Below are positions 1 through 12,446 of a stretch of DNA of 64,000 bases, in pieces (positions within the stretch are counted from its first letter, which is position 1; the number at the start of each line of letters is the position of its first letter). The stretch spans positions 310,001 through 374,000 of the forward strand of contig JBMNHG010000011.1 of assembly GCA_050950285.1 (NCBI GenBank), read 5' to 3'. Source of the DNA: Kiritimatiellia bacterium. Lineage in GTDB: Bacteria > Verrucomicrobiota > Kiritimatiellia > RFP12 > JBMNHG01. A program made the position numbers and the translations under genes. The notes under the pieces were generated by a model. The model was not told the DNA's origin and made no database searches. It saw only the letters and a list, made by a program, of their open reading frames with translations.

Positions 1-1355
1 GCATCCGCCTCGAGATCCACAGCCGCGCCTCCCGCGCGCTCGTGGGCGCGATGAAACGGCAGCTTGACCTCGACCAGGCGGACGTCTATCTCGTGGACGG
101 CCCCGTCGAGCTGCGCAGCCTCATGTCGATCGCCCAGACCGACGGTTTCGAAGACCTGCGCGACGAGCCGTGGGAGCCGGTCCCCTCGCCGGACGTGGAC
201 ATCAAGGAGCCCATGTTCGAGCAGATCGCGAAGGGCGACATCCTGCTCGTACACCCTTATGAATCATTCGACCCCGTCGTGAAGTTCCTCAACGACGCCG
301 CCGACGACCAGCAGGTGCTGGCGATCAAGCAGGTGCTCTACCGCACCGCCCCGCAGAGCGCGATCATCGAGGCGCTCATCCGCGCCGCGCAGGTCGGCAA
401 GCACGTCACCGTGCTCATCGAGCTGAAGGCGCGCTTCGACGAGGCGCGCAACATCACGCAGGCGCGCCGGCTCGAGCTCGCGGGCGCGCACGTCGTCTAC
501 GGCGTTCGCTCGCTCAAGACCCACGCGAAGATCTGCCTCGTCGTCCGGCGCGAGCCGCAGGGCATCGTGCGCTACGTGCATTTCGGCACCGGCAACTACA
601 ACGAGAAAACCGCCACGCTCTACAGCGACGTCGGCCTCTTCACCTGCCGCAACGACTTCGGTGCCGATGCCTCGGACGTCTTCAACGCCATCACCGGCTA
701 CTCCCAGCCGCAATCGCTGCGCCGCCTCGAGGTGGCCCCCTTCTCGATCCGCTCCGCCATCCTGGCCCTCATCGCCAACGAGGTCGAGCGCGCCCGCAAC
801 CGCGAGAAGGCCGAGATCACGATGAAGATGAATTCGCTCAGCGACAAGGGCATCATCGCCGCCCTCTACGACGCCTCCCAGGCCGGCGTGAAGATCCGGC
901 TCAACGTCCGCGGCATCTGCTGCCTCAAGCCGGGCGTCCCCGGCATGAGCGAGAACATCACCGTCGTGAGCATCGTGGACTACTACCTCGAGCACGCCCG
1001 CATCTTCCGCTTCCGCAACGGTGGCCGGAACGACCTCTACATCTCCAGCGCCGACATGATGACGCGCAACCTCGACAAGCGCATCGAGCTCATGATCCCC
1101 GTGCTCGCCCCCGGCCCGCGGAAAAAACTTCTCGCCACCCTCGATGTTTACTTTACCGACGGCGTGAAAGCGCGTACTCTTTGCGCGGACGGCGAGTACC
1201 GCCCTGTCGCCGCGCGCGGCAGGGAGAAACCTGTCAGGGCACAGGAAGAGCTCTACAGGCGGGCCAAAGCCGCCGCCAGCCTCAAGGAACAGACCAAACC
1301 CACGATGCTGGAACCCCACCGGAAACGCAACCCGCAAACGGACGTAAAACTTTGA
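1..1355 (+). CDS. ppk1: Polyphosphate kinase 1, 5' end outside the window
   Basis: Motifs [67 protein letters not shown]. Confidence 0.97.
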   Translation, partial: IRLEIHSRASRALVGAMKRQLDLDQADVYLVDGPVELRSLMSIAQTDGFEDLRDEPWEPVPSPDVDIKEPMFEQIAKGDILLVHPYESFDPVVKFLNDAADDQQVLAIKQVLYRTAPQSAIIEALIRAAQVGKHVTVLIELKARFDEARNITQARRLELAGAHVVYGVRSLKTHAKICLVVRREPQGIVRYVHFGTGNYNEKTATLYSDVGLFTCRNDFGADASDVFNAITGYSQPQSLRRLEVAPFSIRSAILALIANEVERARNREKAEITMKMNSLSDKGIIAALYDASQAGVKIRLNVRGICCLKPGVPGMSENITVVSIVDYYLEHARIFRFRNGGRNDLYISSADMMTRNLDKRIELMIPVLAPGPRKKLLATLDVYFTDGVKARTLCADGEYRPVAARGREKPVRAQEELYRRAKAAASLKEQTKPTMLEPHRKRNPQTDVKL

Positions 1356-2572
1356 GCAACGACAACAAGAGACAAAACGGAAAAACGGTGCGCAGCATCG
1401 GCATCCTGACCGCAGGCGGAGACAGCCCGGGCCTCAACGCCGCCATCCGGGCGGTGGCCAAATCGGCCATGCACTACGGCATCCAGGCCGTCGGCTTCCT
1501 CGACGGCTTCCGCGGCCTCGTCGAAAACCGCTACATAGCGCTCGACGACCGCACCGTGAGCGGCATCATCACGCTGGGTGGCACGATTCTCGGCTCCAAC
1601 CGCGACAAGCCGCACAAGATGGACATGGGCGGCACCATCATGGACATGACCGACGTCGCCGTCGCCAACGCAAAAAAGCTCAACCTCGACTGCCTCGTCT
1701 GCCTCGGAGGCAACGGCACGCAGAAGAACGCCTACCGCCTCTCGCAAAAGGGCCTCGACGTCATCACGCTGCCGAAGACGATCGACAACGACGTCGCCCT
1801 CACCGACACCTGCTTCGGCTACGACACCGCCAAGTCCATCGCCACCGAGGCGATCGACCGCCTGCACACCACCGCCAGCAGCCACCACCGCATCATCGCC
1901 GTGGAAATCATGGGCCATTCCGCCGGCTGGCTGGCGCTTGGCGCCGGCATCGCGGGCGGCGCCGACGTCGATCCTGATCCCGGAAATCCCCTACGACATC
2001 CACGCCGTGGCCGACTTCCTCAACACCCGCCGCCATCGCGGCAAGCGCTTCTCCATCGTCGCCGTGGCCGAGGGCGCCGTCGCCATGGGCGAGAAGCCGG
2101 ATGACGACGAAGAGGACGAGGATGAAAACGACGCCAAGGCGCAGAAGAGAACGGCAACGGCAAAAGCAACGGCAACGGCAAAAGCAAGAAGAACGGCAAC
2201 GCCAAGTCCAACGGGGACGCCAGCGGCGGCCTGCCGAAGACGCCGCTCATGGTACGCGAATCCAGGGTCAACCGCATCGTGCGCGAGCTCCAGCAGCTCA
2301 CCGGCATCGAGGCGCGCATGACCCAGCTCGGCCACATCCAGCGCGGCGGCACCCCCACCCCGGCCGACCGACTGCTCTGCAGCCGCCTGGGCGCCATGGC
2401 CGGCCAGCTGATCAACGCCCGCGAGTACAACGTGATGGTGGCCGTGCGCGGCGACGATTGCGTTCCCGTGCCCCTCAAGGATGTCGCCGGCCACGTCCGC
2501 ACCGTGCCGCAAGACCACCCCTGGATCAAGACCGCGCGCCTCCTCGGCACCTGCATGGGCGACGTGCCCTGA
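1352..2572 (+). CDS. pfkA: 6-phosphofructokinase, mixed-substrate group III type; split by two frameshifts (~1970, ~2148), probably sequencing errors
   Basis: [39 protein letters not shown] and LGHIQRGG are spread over three frames. The start overlaps the ppk1 stop (TTG at 1352; GTG at 1388 is an alternative). Confidence 0.92.
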
Positions 2573-2583
2573 GGCTCCGCCAC

Positions 2584-5500
2584 ATGGATTCCCCGCCAGA
2601 ATTCGACCGGATCCAGTTGACCGATCGCGACCTGCTGCTGATCGTCCTTGTCTTTTTGATGGGGCGGACCGACGCCCCTTCGCTGGAGCGCGTCCTCAAC
2701 GTCTGGCCCCGCGAAACCGGCATCATCGACACGGTCCGCGCGACGAAGGCCGACCTGAAAAACCTTGTCGCCGGCCTGAAGCGCTGCGGCATCCTGCGCA
2801 CGGCAGACTCCAGCGACAGCAAGTTGTGCATCCGCCCGCTCTCCATCGCCTCGCAACGCGCGATCTTCGCCCTGCCGCATGCGCAACTCGGCAAAGCGGC
2901 CATCGAAAATGTGCTGCGGAGCGGCTCCGACCCCTACCGCTTCGCCTGCCTCCGCACACCTGCCGGCCGGGACGGTACGCCTTTCTGTCTCGTGCATGAG
3001 GCGCTGCTGGCCGGCGACGTCCAAAAGGCGGACGCTCTAGTGCCCGGCGAGGACCACCACATTTACGAACGCGATGGGTATGCCTTCTATCTCCAGCTCG
3101 CCGAATCCATCTTGCGCGAACCCGACGCCGTCACGCCGGAGGTCGTGTTCTACCTTTTCCAGAATCTGGCCGAAACGGCCCTGGGAAGAGGACTGCCCGC
3201 CGCCCCGCTGACCGCCGTGATCGCCGAGCACGTCGCTCGGCTGAACGGGAGCGCCTTCACGCCGTACAAATTCCTCGCGCTCTGCGCTTGGGCGACCTGG
3301 ACGGCCTCGCGCGATCTGCTGGACCTGCTGTCGGCGAAAGCGGGCAAGGGGTTGTACACCGAGGCGGTGACCGCCTGCAAGGCGTCGCTGGACGGCGACT
3401 GGCCGACCGCCGACAAGCACTTCGCCAGGGCGCTCCGGCTGTTTAACGCCAAGGTTTCGGAGAGTACCGCTGTCGATGTCTGCGGGAACTTCTTTCTGCT
3501 CGCCCTGCTGGCCGCGATCCGCGCATACACCTCCAAGACCCGCGTGAACGTGCTCCTGAACAAATTGAGCTCGGCAGACTTCTACTACCAGTCGTCGTAT
3601 GCCCGTCGCGTCGGCATTTTTCCGAGTTCGCTGGACATGCTGAACAGGATCGTCAATCAAGGGGAACGGCCGCCCCATCAACCGCTCCCGGACGTGCTGT
3701 TTTCGTTGATGGACGGCTTCGTCTGCGCGCTGGAAACGCTTTTCACCGAAGATTGCGCCGTCGACGACTCGATACGCCGAAACTGTGTCGAGCTGCTTGA
3801 AACGGCCCACCGCGCGGGGTATGCGTTCATCGCCGCCTCGCTGGTGCCGTGCGTCCGGCGGCTGCAACCCGATTCGGCCGCCGCCGCCGAAGCCTGCCGG
3901 CTCGTCGAGGCGGCGAAGGCGCCGCCGCCGCTCTGGAGCGAGCCGCATGTGGTCGCGGCCTGGGAACACGCCCTGGCCGAACTCGAACGCCTGGCGCCCG
4001 TGCCCAAGGGCGGCGCGACCGCCGCCGACGCCGCAGCAGGCGCCACGCACCAGATGGTTTGGATCGTGGATTTCAGGGGCGAAGACACCAGCGACCTCGA
4101 ATGTTACAACATCGGATGCCGCCTGCAGAAGCGCCGGAAGAACGGCACGTGGAGCACCGGCACGCGCATCGACCTCAACAAGCTTTGCAAGGGCGAGTAT
4201 GACGCCTATCTGGACGCTGCCGACCAAAAGGCCAAGGCGATCCTCATCCAACACCGGCCGTTCTACGGCTACCAGGGCTATTATCGGGAAGAGTGCCTCT
4301 TCATAACCGCGCTGATCGACCACCCCCGCGTCTTTATCCCGCTAGACCCGGACGGCTACTTTCTGGATCGGCCGGAACTCGTGCCGACGCGGATCGAACG
4401 CGGCGAGCCGGCCATCGACGTGATCGCCGTGCCCGGCAAAGGAACCGTCATCCGGATTCCCTGGATCAACACGCAGCAGTACGACGACCTGTTTATCACC
4501 AGCGAGAGGTCCGGCCTCTACACCGTTTACGAAAAGAGCGCCAAACACCGGCAACTGGCGGAGATCGTCTTGAAATACGGCGATGAAGGAACCCTCAGGA
4601 TCCCCGCAGCCGGCGCCGAAACGCTCAAGCGCCTGGTTCCGGAGCTGTCCAAAATCGTGGCCATCAAAGGCGAATTCGACGCCGAGTCGGTCAGTGCGCG
4701 CACCGTCCAAGGCGGCGTCCACCTCCATCTGCGGGCGCAGTTCGTCGGCGAGGCCATGCACTTCGATCTCAAAAACCAGCCCGCGCCCGACATGCCGTTT
4801 CATGTGACGCCCGGGCACGGCGCGCGCAAGGTGCTCACGCGGCACGAGGGCGAAACCATCGCGATCGTCCGCGACCTCGAGGCCGAGAGGCAGGCGTTCG
4901 ACGCCTTTCTCGGGGCTTGCCCCGGCCTCGCCGCCTGGAACGTTTCCGAAGCGCAATGGGAAGTAGAAACGCTCCCGGACATGCTCGAAATCCTCGGCGA
5001 CGTCCATGCCCTCGGAGACCGCGTCAGCCTCGACTGGCCCGAAGGCGGCGCGCTGAGCGTGCTGCGGCCCGACGCCTCGACGCCCTTCAATCTCCGCGCC
5101 GAGGCGGGCGCCGACTTCTGGCTGGAGATCGGCGGCGATGTCGTGCTGGACAACGGCAAGGTGCTGGCCTTCACCGAACTGCTCGCGAAAATCGACGACC
5201 GCGACGGCGTGTTCGTCCAACTGAGCGACCGGCAGTACCTGCGCCTGACAGAGGCACTGGTGCGCCAGATGGAGCTCCTGGCCCACGCCGGCGAGACGGA
5301 CGAAAAGAGCCTCCGCATCCCGCCCTCCGCCATCGCCTTGCTGGACGGACTCGCCAGCGGCAAGGACGCCTTCGACTTCCCCGCGCTCGTACGCGACCGC
5401 ATCGCCGACTTCCGACGCGTCTTCAAGACCACGCCGCAGGTGCCGCCTTCGCTGACCTGCACGCTGCGCCCCTACCAGCGGGACGGCTTCGTCTGGCTCG

Positions 5501-6813
5501 CCAAACTTACCGCCTGCGGCCTCGGCGCCTGCCTCGCCGACGACATGGGCCTCGGCAAGACCGTCCAGATTCTCGCCTTGCTCACGGCCCGTGCGGCCGA
5601 CGGCCCTTCGATGGTCGTCGCCCCCACCTCCGTCGCCCGCAACTGGGCCGACGAGGCCGCGCGTTTCGCCCCCGCGCTGCATGTCGCGCAACTCGCCGAA
5701 GCCGAAGACCGCAGCCGCCTCGTCGCCGAAGCGGCGCCTTTCGACGTGATCGTCTGCAGCTACGGGCTCCTGACGTTCGAGGCCGACCTGCTGGCCAGCC
5801 GCGAATGGAACGTCGCCGTGCTCGACGAAGCGCAGGCCGTCAAGAACCACCTCGCGAAACGCACCAAAGTCGTCAAGCGCATCCGCAGCCGCGCCCGCGT
5901 GATCGCGACCGGCACGCCGGTCGAAAACAACCTCGCCGAACTCTGGAGCCTCTTCGACTTCCTCAACCCCGGACTGCTGGGCAGCACGCACGGCCAGTTC
6001 GAGCGCCGCTTCTGCAACGCCGACGGCACGGTCGGCCCTCTGCTGAAAAAGATGACCGCGCCGTTCATCCTGCGCCGGCTGAAATCCGCCGTGCTCGACG
6101 ACCTGCCGCCGAAAACCGAAATCACGCTCGCCGTCACGCTCGACGACGACGAGCGCGCGCTCTACGAAAGCTGCCGGCGCGCGGCGCTCGCCGCACTGGA
6201 AGGTGCCGACGGCGAGAACAACCGCATCGCCATTCTCGCGCACCTGACCAAACTGCGCCGCGTTTGCTGTCACCCGTCGCTGGTCATGCCCGGCTGCACC
6301 ATGCCCGGGCAAAAGGTCGAAGCGTTGCTGGAACTGGTTCAAGACCTGCGCGCCAACGGCCACCGCGCACTGGTCTTCAGCCAGTTCGTGGACTTCCTTT
6401 CGATCATCCGCAAGCGCTTCGACGCCGCCGGGATCACCTACCAATACCTCGACGGCTCGACCCCGGCCGCCGAACGCGCCAATGCCGTCTCGCGCTTCCA
6501 GCGCGGCGAGGGCGACCTGTTCCTCATCAGCCTCAAGGCGGGCGGCACGGGCCTGAACCTGACCGCCGCGAACTACGTGGTGCTGCTCGATCCGTGGTGG
6601 AACCCCGCCGTGGAAACCCAGGCCGCCGACCGCGCCCACCGCATCGGCCAGCGCAATCCCGTCACGGTCTACCGCCTGGTCACAAACGATACCGTCGAAG
6701 AGCGCGTCGTCGCCCTGCACGCCCAAAAACTCGCGCTGGCCGAAGCCATCCTCGACGACACCGCCGACACGCGCCTCACCGCCGACGACCTGATCGCGCT
6801 GTTCAAGACCTGA
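2584..6813 (+). CDS. SNF2-family helicase/ATPase with a long N-terminal region (~1409 aa)
   Basis: LRPYQ, LADDMGLGKT, LDEAQAVKN, TGTPVENNL, LVFSQF, SLKAGGTGLNLT, WWNPAVETQAADRAHRIGQ; ATG at 2584. Confidence 0.95.
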   Translation: MDSPPEFDRIQLTDRDLLLIVLVFLMGRTDAPSLERVLNVWPRETGIIDTVRATKADLKNLVAGLKRCGILRTADSSDSKLCIRPLSIASQRAIFALPHAQLGKAAIENVLRSGSDPYRFACLRTPAGRDGTPFCLVHEALLAGDVQKADALVPGEDHHIYERDGYAFYLQLAESILREPDAVTPEVVFYLFQNLAETALGRGLPAAPLTAVIAEHVARLNGSAFTPYKFLALCAWATWTASRDLLDLLSAKAGKGLYTEAVTACKASLDGDWPTADKHFARALRLFNAKVSESTAVDVCGNFFLLALLAAIRAYTSKTRVNVLLNKLSSADFYYQSSYARRVGIFPSSLDMLNRIVNQGERPPHQPLPDVLFSLMDGFVCALETLFTEDCAVDDSIRRNCVELLETAHRAGYAFIAASLVPCVRRLQPDSAAAAEACRLVEAAKAPPPLWSEPHVVAAWEHALAELERLAPVPKGGATAADAAAGATHQMVWIVDFRGEDTSDLECYNIGCRLQKRRKNGTWSTGTRIDLNKLCKGEYDAYLDAADQKAKAILIQHRPFYGYQGYYREECLFITALIDHPRVFIPLDPDGYFLDRPELVPTRIERGEPAIDVIAVPGKGTVIRIPWINTQQYDDLFITSERSGLYTVYEKSAKHRQLAEIVLKYGDEGTLRIPAAGAETLKRLVPELSKIVAIKGEFDAESVSARTVQGGVHLHLRAQFVGEAMHFDLKNQPAPDMPFHVTPGHGARKVLTRHEGETIAIVRDLEAERQAFDAFLGACPGLAAWNVSEAQWEVETLPDMLEILGDVHALGDRVSLDWPEGGALSVLRPDASTPFNLRAEAGADFWLEIGGDVVLDNGKVLAFTELLAKIDDRDGVFVQLSDRQYLRLTEALVRQMELLAHAGETDEKSLRIPPSAIALLDGLASGKDAFDFPALVRDRIADFRRVFKTTPQVPPSLTCTLRPYQRDGFVWLAKLTACGLGACLADDMGLGKTVQILALLTARAADGPSMVVAPTSVARNWADEAARFAPALHVAQLAEAEDRSRLVAEAAPFDVIVCSYGLLTFEADLLASREWNVAVLDEAQAVKNHLAKRTKVVKRIRSRARVIATGTPVENNLAELWSLFDFLNPGLLGSTHGQFERRFCNADGTVGPLLKKMTAPFILRRLKSAVLDDLPPKTEITLAVTLDDDERALYESCRRAALAALEGADGENNRIAILAHLTKLRRVCCHPSLVMPGCTMPGQKVEALLELVQDLRANGHRALVFSQFVDFLSIIRKRFDAAGITYQYLDGSTPAAERANAVSRFQRGEGDLFLISLKAGGTGLNLTAANYVVLLDPWWNPAVETQAADRAHRIGQRNPVTVYRLVTNDTVEERVVALHAQKLALAEAILDDTADTRLTADDLIALFKT

Positions 6814-6921
6814 CAAATGCGCCAAATGTGAAAAGCTTAATGGACCTTGTGAAGGATAATCCAGCGTGCTACACTGCACGTTATAAAACAGAGACGAGAA
6901 GGAGGTTCACGTTCTCTTCTG

Positions 6922-7069
6922 CTAACCCGGCCACAAATAGCGCTGCTCACGGAGATTCAGGCATTGGGAGCTGGAATTTGGAGTTGGGGAAGGGGCATGG
7001 ACATTCCTGTCCGTGTCACGGGTTGGAAAACCCGTGCCCGTTTTGCAGTATGAATTGTGGCCGAGTTAG
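6922..7069. mobile_element. MITE-like element, copy 1 (148 bp)
   Basis: Terminal inverted repeats CTAACCCGGCCACAA / TTGTGGCCGAGTTAG; near-identical to 16311-16460 (inverted) and 19911-20060. Confidence 0.85.
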
Positions 7070-7127
7070 TAACGGCGAGAAGTAAGCGAGCATATCCGGC
7101 GAAAAGGTTCTTCAAAGGTGAAAAAGC

Positions 7128-8269
7128 ATGAGCGCAAAAGCCAAAGTTCTGTTGCTAATCGGTGCCGCAATCCTGATTGCTGGCGTCCTTTTCTTCGCAA
7201 CTCAGAACAAGAAGCCTTCGCCCCCCTCTGAACCACATCAGGAAGCCGTAGTGTCAAACGCGAATTCGGTTCCCCAGGTGTCCCCTCAACACCAGTCCAC
7301 GCACACCAACACCGCTACCGCCCCAACCGCTCTCCAAGACATTACGGAACTCATCAACGGTTCGCCCGACCTTGCATCTGCAAGGCACAACGTCGTACAG
7401 GAAATGAAATCCCGTATTGACAATGGCCAAATCAACATCGCCGACCTGGAAAAAGCCATTGTCGATTCCTCAACTCCCGTTGAAGCTCGCATCATCTTTG
7501 CCGAAGCGATCATTGGCTTGCTTGCCGATCAGGCAAACCGACTGGATGTGCAGTCTCTCTCGGAAGCACTGGCTTCAGTCGAATCTCCGCTTCTCGCAAC
7601 ACGCATGATCGATCTGCTTGGTTTGACGGAAGATCCCGAAGCACTCTCGGCGATTCGAGCCAAGTGCGCAATGGAAGCCGAGAATGTCCGCCTCGCGGGC
7701 GTCAGGGCTGCCAAACGCATCAAAACCACGGCTGCGGCAAAGTTTCTGGTCGCCTGCACGGAAGACCCCAGCTTCTATCGCGTTCGCATCCAGGCTTTGC
7801 ACGGAGTCGCAAGCACCCATCGGTCTCAACCCCCACTGCTATTATCTTAGAAACAGTCCGGCGTGAACGGGAACGGACTGCCGAAGAGACGCCTTCAGGC
7901 CAGAGTCACATTCTCAACAGTCAGCTTATAGCCGTTGCGGCCACCAAGGCCTTGGCGACCAGTGATGACCCACAAGCGTTGGCTTTTCTCGTGGATGAGA
8001 TGCGCCGAACGGAGAATGTAGGAACGATCCGCATGGCTGCTGCTGACGCGCTTGCGGAACAAGGAGAATCCGCTGTTTCGGCTCTTCTCGAGGCTTTAAC
8101 ATATTCCGACGAGGGCGTCCGGCTTCACGCAGCCCTCTCGCTGACCAAGGCGTTTGGGAACCGATACGCAAGCCAGATTGCCGACGCGCGTGATGCATCG
8201 GCCGATCCGTATGTCGTGAAGCGACTCACCGAGCTTTTGGAATCCAGTCAATTGGGAGATAAGCCATGA
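7128..8269 (+). CDS. Membrane-anchored HEAT/PBS-lyase-like repeat protein; frameshift near 7820
   Basis: N-terminal hydrophobic anchor; repeats ENVRLAGVRA, YRVRIQAL, TIRMAAADAL and EGVRLHAALSL across ORFs 7128-7850 and 7664-8269. Confidence 0.75.
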
Positions 8270-11200
8270 GAAAAGCCATACTACCGTTACTGCTCTGCGT
8301 TTGCTTTGCCGGGCAGGTGCCCCTGGCTACCGCAACCGAACCAAGATGTGAAGTCGCGGATCCCATCTATCGGGACGGCGTTGGGTTGGGCTGGGGACTC
8401 TTCATTGCCGAGGCTCTCACCGGCTGGCTCGGAACGATGACTATTGAAGCATGGAAACAAATCTACGTCGAAGACGGAAACGATGCTTGGCATGCCGGCC
8501 TCCTATGGCAGTACAACCAGAAATTCGGCACGGAGACGTTCTGGGTAATTCATTCAATGAACGATGACGTGGACAACCCAGACGGGAAAACCGGAGAAGG
8601 TCCACAGTATGGAACCTTCAACGGGGCTTTTCTCAAAGACGTCTACAAGAATGCACGGCGTCATCCGTCGATTGGCTCCTCGGAATACGCCAGAAAAGAC
8701 ATCATTAACGCGGCTGTAAGCCAAATCACTGAGGAAGTTGACTACCCGTTCAGTTGGTATTACCTGTGGACTGATTTCGTTACAAAGTACAAGTCCCCCG
8801 GCGTGAGTTTCCGATGTGACGGACTCGTTGAGTACGCCTACGAGCAGGCGGGCTTGGACATTGTGCCAAACGACTCGGGTGCGTTTTTGACGCCGTACTA
8901 TCAAGCCCAGGGCGGCCATCTCCTGATTGCCAGTGACGGAAACTGGGGACAAGCGCCAACCGCCTCTTACAGTTACGACACATCCCCTGATGGAAACATT
9001 ACCATCATCTTTAGCGAGAGGATGAGCGGAACATCCATGTCGCCCTACGCCAACAAGTTTGTTCTGAAGGTCGATGGCGTAACCAAATCCTATGCTGCCA
9101 CAGTTCTCGACGCCTACGGTGCGCCGGCAGACCCATCCGAGCCCCGCCAGCTCGTCATCAATCCCGACAGCAACTTTGCCTACGGCGCGCACGTGGAACT
9201 CTTCGCCAACAAGTACGCCATCCGCGACCTCGGTGGCAATCGTTGGAGCCAATCATCGGGCGACACCAGTGTCCGCATCCTGCATTTCTATGTTCAAACG
9301 CCCGCCCCAGTACGTAATTAGCGCCTCGGCGGGTAGCAACGGAGGTGTTTACCCATCGGGGGGGAGTGTTGTTTATTCGGGTGAAACGCGAACCTTCAAT
9401 GCGTCGCCCAATTCCGGGTACGAAGTTGACAAATGGTACTGGAATGGCAGTGCTGTGCAAACTGGCGGAACGAGCTACACAACGCCTGCCATTTATGCTA
9501 ATCACTCGTTGTTTGTGACCTTCAAGCAGCCCACTCCTTCTGATATTAACATCACTTCGCCGGTCGCGGGAATGAAGTATTATCAGAAATCCAAGCTGAC
9601 CGTTGCATGGGAATATTTCGCCGAATTAGGCAAGACGGTCAAGATTGAGCTATATCAGAACAACAGTTTGAGCCGGGTAATTGAAGACTCCGAGTTTCTG
9701 AATAATCCGCTCTACACTTGGTCAATTCCAATGGATGTTGCGATCGGATCTGGCTATCAGATTAAAGTAACGTCAATTGCCAGTGGACTGACGGGAATGA
9801 GCGGTAGTTTTGAGATCGCCCAGGCGCCTGACAATGATACCATAATTGAGATCAGAACGCCCTCTGACCTTCAAAACATCGCCTACAACGGGCAATATAA
9901 GTTGATGAACGACATAAACCTCAATGGATTTGCATTTGTTCCCATTTCTGCATTCAGAGGGACGTTGGATGGTAACGGCTATCGCATAATTAATCTGGAA
10001 ATCAACAGACCGACAGAGGATTTGGTCGCTCTCTTTCGCTATACGACTGAAGACGCCGTGATCAAGAATGTTATAATCGATGGCGGGTGGGTTAGAGGGT
10101 TGAGCAGTGTCGGTGCAATTTGTGGTGAGTTTTTAGGGCTAATGGTCAATTGCCACAGCAGCGCGGATGTCTTGGGAAGCGACACCGAGAGAAGTTATCG
10201 AGTTGGTGGATTAGTGGGTGAAAACTATCGGGGAACTATCAGGAACTCTTCATGCTCAAGCGAAGAAGTTCGCGCATACGGAAGCAACGCTGGAGGGATC
10301 GCGGGGGGAAAACAATTCAATCATTGAGTTCTGCTGGTCAACCGTGAAAGACGTAGTTATATGCGATGATTTCGAGTCGTCAGTTAAGAATGTTGGCGGA
10401 ATCGCAGGCGTAAATTACGGCGCAATTCGCGAGTGTTATTCATACAACACAAGGGTTGACTCTTACGACCGCGATGCTGGTGGGATCGTGGGAAGAAATG
10501 AAGGTGGACAGATTATAAATTGCTACTCTCTAAGCAGAACATGCGGAGAATACCTTGGAGGGCTTGTTGGGTATAACTATGGTGGAACAATCTCCAATTC
10601 CTATGCAACTGGCAGTGTGAACGATTCATGGGGAGGAGGGCTAATCGGAAGGCAAAGCGGCGGTCTTGGAAGCCATTCCTTGTGGGATACGCAGACGACT
10701 GGCAAAACACAGGCTAAATATTCTGGTAGTGGCAACATTGTTGAATGTTACGGCAAGACCACTGCCGAAATGAAACAACGTGCCACTTTCGAGGCGTTGG
10801 GCTGGGACTTCGCCAACGTGTGGGAAATTCAGGAGGGCGTAGCGTATCCCACGCTGCGGGGCGCAAAACCTTCTGTAGGGAAACCAACTGGCTTGGAAGC
10901 AACAAGTGATCGTTCAGACGGAGTACTGCTCTCGTGGAGCACAGTGCCGAATGCCGGACGATACCGTGTGTTCAGAGCGGATGCGGCCGACGGGAATCCG
11001 CAGGACATAAGCGGTTGGATTACCGGGACGTCATACCTCGACTCTACGGCGCTTACGGAAGTTCCGCAATGGTATTGGGTACAAGCTGCACTTACTGCGC
11101 GTGGAGCGGGAGTAGGCGACATGAGTTCAGAGGTCGCAGGATGGCGTATGCGTGGCTCTGTGCCGCCGCCAGAAAATGTTTCCGCAAGCACGGGATTGAC

Positions 11201-12335
11201 ATCGGTCATTATTACATGGGACAGCGTTCCTGAAGCATCTCACTATCGAGTGCTTCGAGCTGATTCTTCGAATGGAATCCCGGTTGAAGTTAGTTCTTGG
11301 ATCGTGGATTCCTCATTTGCGGATTCACCCGCTATAGCGCGTCAGCGCTACTTCTATTGGGTTCAGGCTGCCGCCGATGCCAGCGGAACAAGGGCAAGTG
11401 CCGCTGCGGGTCCGGATGAGGGCTATTTCATCCTTGCAGACAACACCGCCCCTTTGATTGCAGTTTCACACCTGCCAGTTGAGCCTATCGAGTCGCAGCC
11501 TATTTCTATCACCGTTCAAGCGTTGGATAACGACATGCTGGATCGTATTGCCCTTCACTGGCAGTCTGCCGGCATGTCAACACAGACCTGGGCAAACCTC
11601 AACGCCAATCAGTACACAGCGACTCACGGCATCGGCTCCTTCGAAGCTGGCGCGGAAGTCGTGTACTGGGCAGAGGGATGGGATGAAGCAGGAAACCGTG
11701 TTGAGAGCGAGCACAGGAGTATGACAATTTTACCGGAAACCGTGTCCGTTCCATTGATCCCAAGTGGACCATCCATTGTTTACATGGGTGAAAGCAACCC
11801 GTTCTCGGCATCCGGCAGTATCAGCTCCCTTGGAGGGCTGGTCGAGTATCAGATTGACTGGAACGATGGACAGACATCCGGTTGGACAACGGCATCCACG
11901 CTGCATGCATGGCCGCAGGAAGGGTTCCGCTTTGTTCGCGCTCGCTCTCGCAGCCTGTTTCGCCCAGCCAACATGTCAGGTTGGTCAGGCGCGCGTGCAG
12001 TTCACGTTCGCGACTGGAACAAGGACTACGACGGCGACACGTTTACCGACTTGCAGGAAGCTATTGCGGGCACCGATCCGTCACTCCGGGAGTCACGCTT
12101 CCAAATGAGTGGTGCTGGTGCCGCCGCCTCAAACGGTGGCTTCGTCTTGTGCTGGCCGAGTGTGTCAGACAGGTACTACCACATCGCAATATCTGACGAT
12201 CTCGCAACAGGCTTTGGCGGCTATACGGTCAGCAACATTGTCGCCACACCACCGATGAACTGCTACACGATCCGTATCGACCGAGCCTCAGCCTTCTTCC
12301 AACTGGGCGTAACAACCAACAAGCTAGTTCCGTAG
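8266..12335 (+). CDS. Large secreted multidomain protein: permuted NlpC/P60-like N-domain, Ig-like domains, GLUG-like beta-helix, FN3, PVC-type C-terminal domain; frameshifts at ~9300 and ~10305
   Basis: Signal peptide; WHAGL precedes FRCDGLVEYAYEQAG; repeated VGGLVGEN/GGIAGVN; FN3-like LSWSTV..YRVFR; DYDGDTFTDLQEAIAGTDP. The second shift lies in a G-run. Confidence 0.75.
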
Positions 12336-12446
12336 CCCCGAATCGGCCGCCCGACCGCGATTCCGAGGTTTCGGTGACGGCGGAGCTGCGGCATGATGGC
12401 GGGCGCTCGTCCCCGCGAGCCGCCCGCACGGATTGCCACGAAAACT

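Noticed and set aside
2584..6813. SNF2 helicase as part of an anti-phage system (e.g. DISARM, Zorya)
   Set aside because: No methylase, nuclease or other defence partner adjacent; it follows housekeeping genes.
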